Of a DNA stretch of 64,000 nucleotides, positions 44,201 to 51,233 are shown piece by piece. Position numbers and translations under genes: made by a program. Source of the DNA: an uncultured Rickettsiales bacterium (GTDB taxonomy: Bacteria > Myxococcota_A > UBA796 > UBA9615 > CAYRNR01); NCBI GenBank assembly GCA_964436045.1, contig CAYTBN010000021.1, forward strand, positions 7,642-71,641, in the 5' to 3' direction. Numbering within the stretch: the first letter of the stretch is position 1; the number at the start of each line of letters is the position of its first letter. The notes beneath the pieces are model-generated. The model saw nothing but the letters and a program-made list of their open reading frames with translations, was not told the origin of the DNA and ran no database searches.

Positions 44201-44578
44201 GCCCACGGGGGGGTGCGCGTAGTGGATCACGGGTTCCGCCACGCCCCAGAACAGCAGCCCAACCCCCATGCCTGCGGCGAACAGCATCGACAGCCAGGAC
44301 AGGGTGGAGAACTCGGGCTGGTCCTCCTGCTTGCCCAGGCGGATCCGACCGTAGCGGCTCAACGCGAGTCCGACCCCGAGCACCAGGAAGGCCGTGACCG
44401 CGCCCATGATCAACCAGCCGAGGGCGTCGAGTACGGTGCGCTGGAACGCGGCCCCTGCGGCCGAGAGCCCGTCCGGGTCGGCGATCCCCCAGACGGCCAC
44501 CGCCGCGCACAGGGCGAGGGAGATGACGAATAAGGAGCGCCCGCCTGCCGCGGCTCGCGGTGGTGCTGCTGTCGGCAT
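41219..44578 (-). CDS. BCCT-family (betaine/choline/carnitine) transporter fused in one ORF to an extra TM helix, an OpuAC/ProX-like glycine-betaine-binding domain, a second TAXI/PhnD-like periplasmic binding domain and a C-terminal TM helix (1119 aa)
   Basis: The N-terminal ~520 aa have multiple TMs and the BCCT signature region (…HWGLHAWAVYSIAG…). Helix ATLLVLLAPLLLQG follows. Then …IGVKSFAEQEILGGMVHQLCEQ…IEYSGTAL…LGLDNGYLLAMRSD… is OpuAC-like. Then …AVLGAERFF…LDAVILTATPGDTAVTRAL… is a further SBP-like domain. The ORF ends with the TM helix LNLAALAFLGWLGWLGF. Confidence 0.8.
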   Translation of the reverse strand: MPTAAPPRAAAGGRSLFVISLALCAAVAVWGIADPDGLSAAGAAFQRTVLDALGWLIMGAVTAFLVLGVGLALSRYGRIRLGKQEDQPEFSTLSWLSMLFAAGMGVGLLFWGVAEPVIHYAHPPVGPGGTPSAARAAMVQTMFHWGLHAWAVYSIAGLVLAYFGFRRGQPYLPGAPLRAVFRGAWVKPVAATADLIGVLAVAAGVAGSVGMGIFQLQSGLGVVIGVPSGSLWVPTLILLALFAAYTASATTGLDKGIKWLSNINMATAVVLVVFLVLAGPTSFLLDVCVTAAGDYVAALPRMSLRLFPFRDLDAWTSSWTLTYFIWWIAWAPFVGVFIARISRGRTIREYIIGVTLAPTLLSVLWFGVFGGIGIHEELYGSGGVADLVSEDVTTALFALYERVPLTALLSGVTLGLLFIFLVTSCDSATYVLGMLTSGGALVPPTRRKILWGVVIAALGAALMLTGNIEVLKAVVVTGAVPFTFVMLLQVVALLRALGEEKIPRRPPETAPGRTGATLLVLLAPLLLQGCGGDVAPVRIGVKSFAEQEILGGMVHQLCEQAQIPVEPVVECGDTYGCQAALRGGEIDLMIEYSGTALLFAGEDLRRGDAGVDRARELYQTWDLEWLEPLGLDNGYLLAMRSDRALAMQVRSIADLALIDPPLKVTSPGEYLRRSADGLPALCRRYGLRAEADPLVRESPAARLQALLVGHADVAVLYATDGVMTDGRMIALDDPLDFFPPYEAAILVRRDTLTRHGELLDVLAPLSGRVSNQAMRELNFAAQEEGRAVDVIARDFLTEQGLLTPAESAMVSERALFLAVHTEDDLDDMATSGLRAMRTVYPRRSVRQLPTLDPLAAVQGGEARLAVLGAERFFRRDGDGGVHREEGIEAVAVVGNRSVHVLRRSAEVGTDPLAGRIGIPAGGGRARIAEDMLAAAGLVASASRSAGELLSTLSEGGLDAVILTATPGDTAVTRALRDGGLVLAGLDGWLTPPRATALPFLLPGRIPAGTYPGQPEPLATLDAQVLLAGPAPGEAPMGQAGPAAALAARGQPVVRATALALADAIGHMEAPDPALPSAWRRVAASGERSRDQSGIDTVLNLAALAFLGWLGWLGFRRSPA

Positions 44579-45478
44579 ATGCTTGTTCTGGAACGACGTT
44601 TAGAACACGTGCGCGCGATCATAACAATCATCGCTTCTCCTCCCTGGCTACCCTGGCTCACCCTGATCCTGGTGGCGGCCGGTGCCGTGGCCACCGCGGG
44701 GTGGATCCGCCATCGGCGTCGGGCCCGCCGCCGCCACCTGCGCTCCCAGCCGCTCCCCGCCGGATGGCAGCCGATCCTGGAGCGTAACCTGGCCCTCTAC
44801 CGTCGCCTGCCCGACGCGTTCCGGCAGCGGCTCCACGGCTACGTCAACGAGTTCGTCGGGACCGTCAATCTCGAGGGCGCGGGCGGACTGGAGATGGACG
44901 ACGAGATCCGCGTCACCATCGCCGGCCAGGCCTGCTTGTTGCTGCTGGGACGAAAGGCCCCCTGCTACCCGCGGCTGGTCTCGGTTGTGGTCTATCCGGG
45001 GGCTTACGTGGGCCGCAAGTACCGCGAAGTGGGCGGGCGGCCGGTGGAGGGACAGGCCGTCCACCTGGGCGAGTCGTGGGGTGTGGGTACCGTGGTGCTG
45101 GCCTGGGATCACGTGCGGCGTGGCGCGCGCGACCCCCGGGACGGGGAAAACGTCGTGCTCCACGAGTTCGCCCACCAGCTGGACACGGAGGACGGTCAGG
45201 CCGACGGTGCCCCGGTGCTGGACTCGGCCGGCGCCTACGTCGGCTGGTCGCGGGTCCTGGCCGCCGCGTTCGAGGATCTGCAGCGGCGGCTGGATGAAGA
45301 CAGCCAGACCGTGCTCGACGGCTACGGGGCCACGAACCCCGCCGAGTTCTTCGCCGTCGCCACCGAGGCCTTCTTCGAGCGCCCCCGCAAGCTCCGGGAG
45401 CACAGACCCGAACTCTACGGTGTGCTCCAGGACTACTACCGGATGGATCCGGGGAGCTGGCCGCAACCTGGTCGCTAA
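44579..45478 (+). CDS. mtfA: MtfA-like (peptidase M90 / DUF980) zinc-dependent peptidase; start codon uncertain
   Basis: …NVVLHEFAHQLD… is an HExxH motif in the context typical of E. coli MtfA, and the layout is collinear (…QPLPAGWQPILERNLALYRRL…). The annotated ATG directly abuts the divergent BCCT ATG (CATATG), so the true start is probably downstream. Confidence 0.7.
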   Translation: MLVLERRLEHVRAIITIIASPPWLPWLTLILVAAGAVATAGWIRHRRRARRRHLRSQPLPAGWQPILERNLALYRRLPDAFRQRLHGYVNEFVGTVNLEGAGGLEMDDEIRVTIAGQACLLLLGRKAPCYPRLVSVVVYPGAYVGRKYREVGGRPVEGQAVHLGESWGVGTVVLAWDHVRRGARDPRDGENVVLHEFAHQLDTEDGQADGAPVLDSAGAYVGWSRVLAAAFEDLQRRLDEDSQTVLDGYGATNPAEFFAVATEAFFERPRKLREHRPELYGVLQDYYRMDPGSWPQPGR

Positions 45479-46080
45479 CGAGGTACCTCGGCAGCCGCGC
45501 GGATCTCCAGCCCCAGCTCTTCCTCGACGATCGGCGTCAGCGTGCGGAAGGCGGGGGAGATCTCCCAGGACGTGAAGAAGCGGGTCTCGCCGTCGGGCAG
45601 CTGGGTCGAGGCCAGCCGGATGGGGCTGGTGCAGGTCACGTCGCCGTAGACTGAACGTCCGCAGGTGAAGCTGGCCCAGGTCTCGAGTTCGGACATCGAG
45701 AGCCGGGGGTCGAGCAGCGGCAGGTTCAGTGAGGGATCCCAGCAGACGATCTCGCCGATGTCGTTGGTGCCGCAGGTCGAGTCGTGCCAGCAGACCACCT
45801 CTCGACGGGCGTTGACACCACAGATCTCGTGGAAGGCGATGTCACCCATCGACGAGCAGTACTCGTCCTGGATGCCGTTGCAGTTGTTGTCCAGGCCGTC
45901 GCCGCAGCGCTCGTCGGCGTCCGGGTTGATGGCCGCGTTGGCCGGGGCGCAGTCCAGCTTGTTGACCCAGCCGTCCCCGTCGCTGTCGATCCACGGGCGC
46001 TGGCTGTGGCATGCGGACGGGAGCGCGAACAAGGCGGCGGTCAGCGCCAGAAGCGGGACGTGGCTGGGCGTTCTGCTCAC
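45475..46080 (-). CDS. secreted Cys-rich protein with a MopE-type putative metal-binding motif
   Basis: GTG start gives MSRTPSHVPLLALTAALFALPSAC (signal and lipobox-like). The sequence DSDGDGWVNKLDCAPANAAINPDADERCGDGLDNNCNGIQDE matches the DGDG…DCDD…P…E.CDG.DNDC pattern. Confidence 0.65.
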   Translation of the reverse strand: MSRTPSHVPLLALTAALFALPSACHSQRPWIDSDGDGWVNKLDCAPANAAINPDADERCGDGLDNNCNGIQDEYCSSMGDIAFHEICGVNARREVVCWHDSTCGTNDIGEIVCWDPSLNLPLLDPRLSMSELETWASFTCGRSVYGDVTCTSPIRLASTQLPDGETRFFTSWEISPAFRTLTPIVEEELGLEIRAAAEVPR

Positions 46081-46181
46081 GCGCCCATCGTACCAGAGCA
46101 CGGCTTGCGAAATGGTTGGGCGTGCCTATGTCAGTCGTGAACTCGACGGACTGGTCGGAAAAGAAAAAGGTCCGTCGTTAT

Positions 46182-47150
46182 TCAGTTCAAGAGCCCTCGG
46201 TCGGCCAGGAACGATGCCATTTCGCGGGCCACTGCCACGCTCGGATGCGCATCGTCCCCGGGGACATCCTGGACCTCGACTCCCCGCTCGATGGCCTCGC
46301 GAACCGTGGCAGCCAGATCGAAGTGGCGAATGCCCGTGTCCTCCAGCATGGACAGGATTTCCTCTCGGCGGCTCCGCTGCTGGTCGGTCCAGGCCTCCGG
46401 CCGGGCGAACACCGGTAGGACGATCGCCGACAGCCGGGCACCGTCGCGTCCCGTTCGATCCGCCAGCGCGGCGAGGGCGTCGTGGACATCGGCCAAGATG
46501 GCCTCCTCGTCGCGAGCGCCGTCGCCCAGGGCCGTCCCCAGCCACCAGCGGTAGAGGTGGCTGTGCTCGAACAGGGGCTGGCTGACGCGCCGCAGGGGAC
46601 GGTTGGGTGCGTAGACTACGAGCTTGCCGTCCTGGACGAAGGCGATGGGCGTGGTCTCCAGGTCGTTGAGGTGGAAGGTCAGGATCACGTGGTCCGGCTG
46701 GAGCGCTGCGTTGTAGCGCTGGTAGTAGTCCACCTCCTGGACCGTGTTGAAGGACTCCACACCCGCGTTCCAGTATTCGAACCGGTCCTCACCGTGGGTC
46801 GCCTTCAGGGCGTCGATCAGCCGCCCGCGGAAGGTGACCGAGTCGCCCAGGAACAGCAACCGCGTCCGTCCGGGTCGCTTCTCCACCGGGTAATCGGTCA
46901 GCAACGTGCCGTACTCGTTGTAGTAGTCGTTGCCCAGGATCGGCCGGAAGCCGAAGTCCGGATCGACGGTGAACACGCTGGTCAGGTCGTAGGGGTTCTC
47001 GCGCATCCACGGCAGTTCGACGGCCGCCCCATGGGCCGAGTACGGGTCACGCCGCCGCATGAACCCCTCCGCCAGCAGGGCGGCGAGGAACAGGGCGAGT
47101 GCGGTCGACCCCACCACCAGCAGGGTCCGTGACAGGAGCTTGCGGCGCAT
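46182..47150 (-). CDS. SGNH/GDSL-family hydrolase with N-terminal membrane anchor
   Basis: N-terminal TM helix. Block I is LLFLGDSVTFRG. Other motifs are …HLNDL… and, near the C-terminus, DDAHPS (the DxxH catalytic dyad). Confidence 0.8.
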   Translation of the reverse strand: MRRKLLSRTLLVVGSTALALFLAALLAEGFMRRRDPYSAHGAAVELPWMRENPYDLTSVFTVDPDFGFRPILGNDYYNEYGTLLTDYPVEKRPGRTRLLFLGDSVTFRGRLIDALKATHGEDRFEYWNAGVESFNTVQEVDYYQRYNAALQPDHVILTFHLNDLETTPIAFVQDGKLVVYAPNRPLRRVSQPLFEHSHLYRWWLGTALGDGARDEEAILADVHDALAALADRTGRDGARLSAIVLPVFARPEAWTDQQRSRREEILSMLEDTGIRHFDLAATVREAIERGVEVQDVPGDDAHPSVAVAREMASFLADRGLLN

Positions 47151-47177
47151 CGGTCCTTTTCCCGCCCGCGGCGCGGG

Positions 47178-49037
47178 TCAGTACTCGTCGATGTTGGCGT
47201 CCATCCACTCCAGCCGGGCCAGGATCCAGTCCTCGAACCGGGCCCGTTCCTCGTCCACGGAGGCCACCGGACAGAGCCAGTTGATGCCGTCCCAGCTGAA
47301 CTCGATCTCGTCCATCGGCCAGACCTCGAAGTTGGCGTAGGCTGCATCGCCGATGGTCTCGTTGTACAGCTCGACGAGCCCGAGGATGTTGGCCTCCGAG
47401 AGCTGATCCGCCCGCAGCTCGGCCCACCTCTCGGACAGCCGCGCGCGGAACTCCGGCACCTGGGTCATGCCCTCGATGAGCGGGGAGCGGTAGGCGATCC
47501 AGTCGCTCGGCGCGCAGTTGCCGGTCGGGTAACCCCCGTAGGCCAGATCGTGATCCCACGGGATGAAGTGCAGCAGACCGTCCAGGTCCTGGGAGACGTA
47601 GATGCTCAGGAAGTAGGCGTCGTTGTTCTTGCTCAGCTCCTGGAGCAGCACCCAGTCCACGGCGCTGGCGATGTCCATCCAGGCGAAGATACCGCTGTCC
47701 GGGTCCCCGGGCGCGGGTCCCAGGGCTGCCCCCTCCCATGCCACCAGGGTCCCGACGATGCCCTGCTCGGCCACGTCGTTCAGCTCGTCGATCCGCGGGT
47801 AGACCGGGAACCACTCGCCGTACCCGGACGGGCTCTCCACGATGCCGCCCCCGCCGTCGTCGTTCTTGACGATGAAGCTCCGTCCCAGCTCCAGCTCGTC
47901 GAGCTGCAGCGGCACCCGGTCGTCGTCACGTTTGATCCGTTCGCCCCAGGTGAAGACCCCCAGCCACTCGCCGTCCACCACCGCCTCGCACAGCACGATC
48001 TCGGGGGCGTACCGATCCACCTCGCCGAAGCTCTGGAACAGGTCGACCGACAGCTTGTTGCGGAACAACGCCCGGTCCGGATAGTTGCCCCCCAGGATCC
48101 AGTCGCTCTCTCCCCCCATCTCGAACAGGTCGACCGAGCGGCGTCCGCCCACGTCCCCGAGCCACAGGTCGAAGCTCAGGTCGTCGCTGGCTGGATGAGC
48201 CAGGTGAACCTCCACCGCCACCACGTTCGTTCCGTCGACCAGCAGGTCCGGATCGACCTCGCCGCGAAAGTACTTGAGCTCGTAGATCCCCTCGACCGGG
48301 GCTTCCGCCAGCGTCGACGGTACGACGGGTCCGGCGGGGAGGTTGGCGCGCAGCACCTCCTCGCCGTTGAGGTAGACCACCCCGCCGGCGTCCCGCCGCA
48401 GCCCCACGGTCAGCGGTCCCGACGTGGTCGTGTCCTCGACCTCGAGCTCGCGGCGGAACCAGCTCGTTAGGTGCTTGTCCGCCGGATCGGCGCCGTAGGA
48501 GATCCACGTGGTCTGTGCATCACCGTAGCCCAGGGGTGCCTCCCCCTCGCTCCAGTCGCCGTCGTCGAATTCGGGAGTGGTCCAGTCACCGGCCGGCGGA
48601 ACGCCGGTGTCCAGGTAGCGCCAGCTGCCGGCGGGTGGCATCAGGGTCCGCCCCGCCTCCCACAGCTCGATGTTGTACTGGTGCTTCGGAAACGCCAGCG
48701 ACGAGCGCCCCCGCAACTCCACCCCGGCCCAGCCGTCGTACTGGGTCTGCCCCTGGCGGTCCTGTAGCGACAGCAGACAGGGCACCTTGGGTTCGTCGAC
48801 GATCTCAGCGTCGCAGTCGAGCACCACGCTGCATAGCCCGGGCGGCGCCTCGGGACCGGGGTCGGCCTCGGGCACCTGCTCCAGGGGTGGTTCGCCCTCG
48901 GTGGAGTCGTCGTCGTCCGCCGTCGGTGGCTCGGGATCGTCGAGCGCCGCGCCGTCCGGCGTCAACACCGCCTGGCAGCCGACCGCCGGGGCCAGCATCC
49001 AGATCAGCGTCAGGGCAAGGGCGGACGGTCGAGGCAT
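47178..49037 (-). CDS. lipoprotein, CotH-like (spore-coat protein H kinase-fold family) candidate
   Basis: Signal and lipobox MPRPSALALTLIWMLAPAVGCQA. The region …FRNKLSVDLFQSFGEVDRYAPEIVLCEAVVDGEWLGVFTWGERIKRD… resembles the CotH core (…NGeyxGvYxlxExi…). Family call is by eye only. Confidence 0.6.
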   Translation of the reverse strand: MPRPSALALTLIWMLAPAVGCQAVLTPDGAALDDPEPPTADDDDSTEGEPPLEQVPEADPGPEAPPGLCSVVLDCDAEIVDEPKVPCLLSLQDRQGQTQYDGWAGVELRGRSSLAFPKHQYNIELWEAGRTLMPPAGSWRYLDTGVPPAGDWTTPEFDDGDWSEGEAPLGYGDAQTTWISYGADPADKHLTSWFRRELEVEDTTTSGPLTVGLRRDAGGVVYLNGEEVLRANLPAGPVVPSTLAEAPVEGIYELKYFRGEVDPDLLVDGTNVVAVEVHLAHPASDDLSFDLWLGDVGGRRSVDLFEMGGESDWILGGNYPDRALFRNKLSVDLFQSFGEVDRYAPEIVLCEAVVDGEWLGVFTWGERIKRDDDRVPLQLDELELGRSFIVKNDDGGGGIVESPSGYGEWFPVYPRIDELNDVAEQGIVGTLVAWEGAALGPAPGDPDSGIFAWMDIASAVDWVLLQELSKNNDAYFLSIYVSQDLDGLLHFIPWDHDLAYGGYPTGNCAPSDWIAYRSPLIEGMTQVPEFRARLSERWAELRADQLSEANILGLVELYNETIGDAAYANFEVWPMDEIEFSWDGINWLCPVASVDEERARFEDWILARLEWMDANIDEY

Positions 49038-49172
49038 GGCCCGGCCATGTTATCAGACCCGTCTGCGGTTCCCCCTCTCCTCGTCGGCCGTCGTGGGGCG
49101 CTGGCCGGCGGCGCCCTCGCCCCCACGCGCCCGGGCTCTGACACGCTGCGGCTCTCCCTGGAGGTTCCGTCG

Positions 49173-50255
49173 ATGAGACCCGTCCAGCTACTCGCCGTCT
49201 TCGCCGCCCTCGCGATCCTCGGCGGCTGCCCGACCGAAGAGCCCGCGGACGACGACGCGACCGGGGACGACGACGCGACCGGGGACGACGACAGCACGGG
49301 CGACGACGACGCGACCGGTGACGACGATTCGACCGGGGATGACGACGCGACCGGGGATGACGACGCGACCGGGGACGACGACAGCACGGGCGACGACGAC
49401 ACCACCGAGGCCACCGACGCCGACGGCGACGGCTGGAGCCTGGCGGCCGGCGACTGCGACGACAACGACCCGGCCGTGCACCCGGACGCAGTCGAGGTCA
49501 TCTGCAACGGGCTCGACGACGACTGCGACGGGGCCACGGACCGGCTCGTACCGGCCGCGTTCCCGACGATCCAGGGCGCCATCGACTTCGCCCTCGACGG
49601 GGATCTGATCTGCGTCGACGCGGGGACCTACCCCGAGAACCTCGACTTCGTGGGCAAGGACGTCCGCGTGCTGGGCACCGACGGGCCGGAGGTCACGGTC
49701 ATCGACGGTGGGTACGCCGGATCGGTGGTCAGCTTCATCAGCGGCAACGTCGCCGACCAGTACGGAGGTGGGATCAACCTGTTCAACTCCGACCCGGCGC
49801 TGACCAACGTGATCATCACCCAGAACGTGGCTCCGAACTGGGGCGGTGGCGGCATCTATCTGTACTCGGGCACCCCCACCCTCAGTCACTGCGACACGTG
49901 GGGCAACCTGCCCGACAACTTCTATGGCCTGAGCGATCCGACCGGCTCGGATGGCAACGTCTCCGTGCTGCCCGCGTTCCTCGACATTGCGGGCCCCGAC
50001 CCCCTCGGGTGGGACCTCCACCTGGGGCCGGCCTCGGCGCTGGTGGACGCCGGCTGGGGCGCACTGCAGGACCCGGACGGATCCTCCTCCGACCCGGGAG
50101 TCCACGGCGGTCCGGGTGCCGGGACGGCGGACCTGGACCGGGACGGCTACCCCGGCTGGTGGCAGCCCGGCCCCTACGATGCCGCGGCCTACCCCGGCCA
50201 GGGCTGGGACTGCGACGACCTGGACGCCGCGATGTACCCCGGCGCCGGGTGCTAA
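49173..50255 (+). CDS. lipoprotein: lipobox + (DDDxTG)n acidic tract + MopE-type motif + right-handed parallel beta-helix-like domain
   Basis: MRPVQLLAVFAALAILGGCP, with GGAGG 9 nt upstream. The acidic tract is DDDATGDDDATGDDDSTGDDD…. The MopE motif is DADGDGWSLAAGDCDDNDPAVHPDAVEVICNGLDDDCDGATD. The beta-helix-like region is …GGGINLFNSDPALTNVIITQNVAPNWGGGGIYLYSG…. Confidence 0.75.
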   Translation: MRPVQLLAVFAALAILGGCPTEEPADDDATGDDDATGDDDSTGDDDATGDDDSTGDDDATGDDDATGDDDSTGDDDTTEATDADGDGWSLAAGDCDDNDPAVHPDAVEVICNGLDDDCDGATDRLVPAAFPTIQGAIDFALDGDLICVDAGTYPENLDFVGKDVRVLGTDGPEVTVIDGGYAGSVVSFISGNVADQYGGGINLFNSDPALTNVIITQNVAPNWGGGGIYLYSGTPTLSHCDTWGNLPDNFYGLSDPTGSDGNVSVLPAFLDIAGPDPLGWDLHLGPASALVDAGWGALQDPDGSSSDPGVHGGPGAGTADLDRDGYPGWWQPGPYDAAAYPGQGWDCDDLDAAMYPGAGC

Positions 50256-50339
50256 CCTGCATGTCTCACCACCGCGCCGTCGCGAAAGGTCGCAGACGGC
50301 GGGATTTGGCTACACTGCTGTCGCTTCGCAGGAGACACC

Positions 50340-51209
50340 ATGTTGCGACTCCGCCCGCTGACCTGGCTCTTCATCCTGACGTTGACCGTCGGTTGCCCGG
50401 CTCCGCCCTACGAGCCCGACGACGACGACGCGAGCGGTGACGACGACACCAGCGGCGACGACGACACGGGTGACGACGACACCGGCGACGACGACACGGG
50501 TGACGACGACACCGGCGACGACGACACGGGTGACGACGACACCGGGGACGACGACTCCGGTGGCGCCACCGAGTACATGTACGCCCAGACCACCGACGAG
50601 CTGTTCGCGGTGGACAAGGATCCGCCCCACGACGTGACCTACATCGGGACCTTCTCCCAGGACGAGATCACCGATCTGGCGGTGGACATCGATGGCCGGA
50701 TGTATGCGGTGACCTTCGACGAGGTGTTCGAGGTCGATCCGCTGACGGCGGCGCTGACGTCGGTGGCGACCCTGGCCGATGCATCGCTGTTCGCGATGAC
50801 GGCCCTCGCCGACGGGACGATGCTGCTGGGCAGCGACGACGCGATCTACGAGGTGAATGTGGCCACCGGGCAGGTCGACTACTTCGACTCCCTGGGGAAC
50901 TGGGAGTTCGCCGGCGACATGGTCGGGCTGCCCGACGGCCTGCTGTATTGCCTGGTCTGGCCCTCGGACCACTGGGCCGAGAGTACCTCGCTGGTGGTCT
51001 ACGACCCGGCCACGGGTACCACGACCGAGATCGGCGAGACCGGCCACGGCTCGATGTTCGGTGTCGGGTTCGCGGACTGGACGATGTACGGGTTCAACCG
51101 GGACGGCGAGATCCTCGACATCGACTACGAGACCGGCGCCGCCTCGGTGATCGCCAACCCCGGGCACGACTTCTGGGGCGCCGCCACCAATCCGCTGAAG
51201 TGGGACTGA
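50340..51209 (+). CDS. lipoprotein: lipobox + (DDDTG)n acidic tract + beta-propeller-like domain, hypothetical
   Basis: AGGAGA SD. Signal and lipobox MLRLRPLTWLFILTLTVGCPAPP. The acidic tract is DDDDASGDDDTSGDDDTGDDDTG… (15-nt DNA tandem repeats at 50419-50560). The remainder is rich in beta-strand formers. Confidence 0.7.
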   Translation: MLRLRPLTWLFILTLTVGCPAPPYEPDDDDASGDDDTSGDDDTGDDDTGDDDTGDDDTGDDDTGDDDTGDDDSGGATEYMYAQTTDELFAVDKDPPHDVTYIGTFSQDEITDLAVDIDGRMYAVTFDEVFEVDPLTAALTSVATLADASLFAMTALADGTMLLGSDDAIYEVNVATGQVDYFDSLGNWEFAGDMVGLPDGLLYCLVWPSDHWAESTSLVVYDPATGTTTEIGETGHGSMFGVGFADWTMYGFNRDGEILDIDYETGAASVIANPGHDFWGAATNPLKWD

Positions 51210-51233
51210 GCCCCTCCACCCCACTCCGTTGGG

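Noticed and set aside
44590-44612. TGGAAC-N5-TTAGAA resembling a sigma-54 -24/-12 promoter
   Set aside because: The obligatory GC of the -12 element (TTGCA) is absent, so the spacing and consensus are not met.
46144-46176. 8-bp stem / 17-nt loop hairpin (CGACGGAC…GTCCGTCG) downstream of the SGNH hydrolase gene
   Set aside because: The loop is too large and there is no T-tract on the minus strand where it would need to act. It is a weak candidate only.
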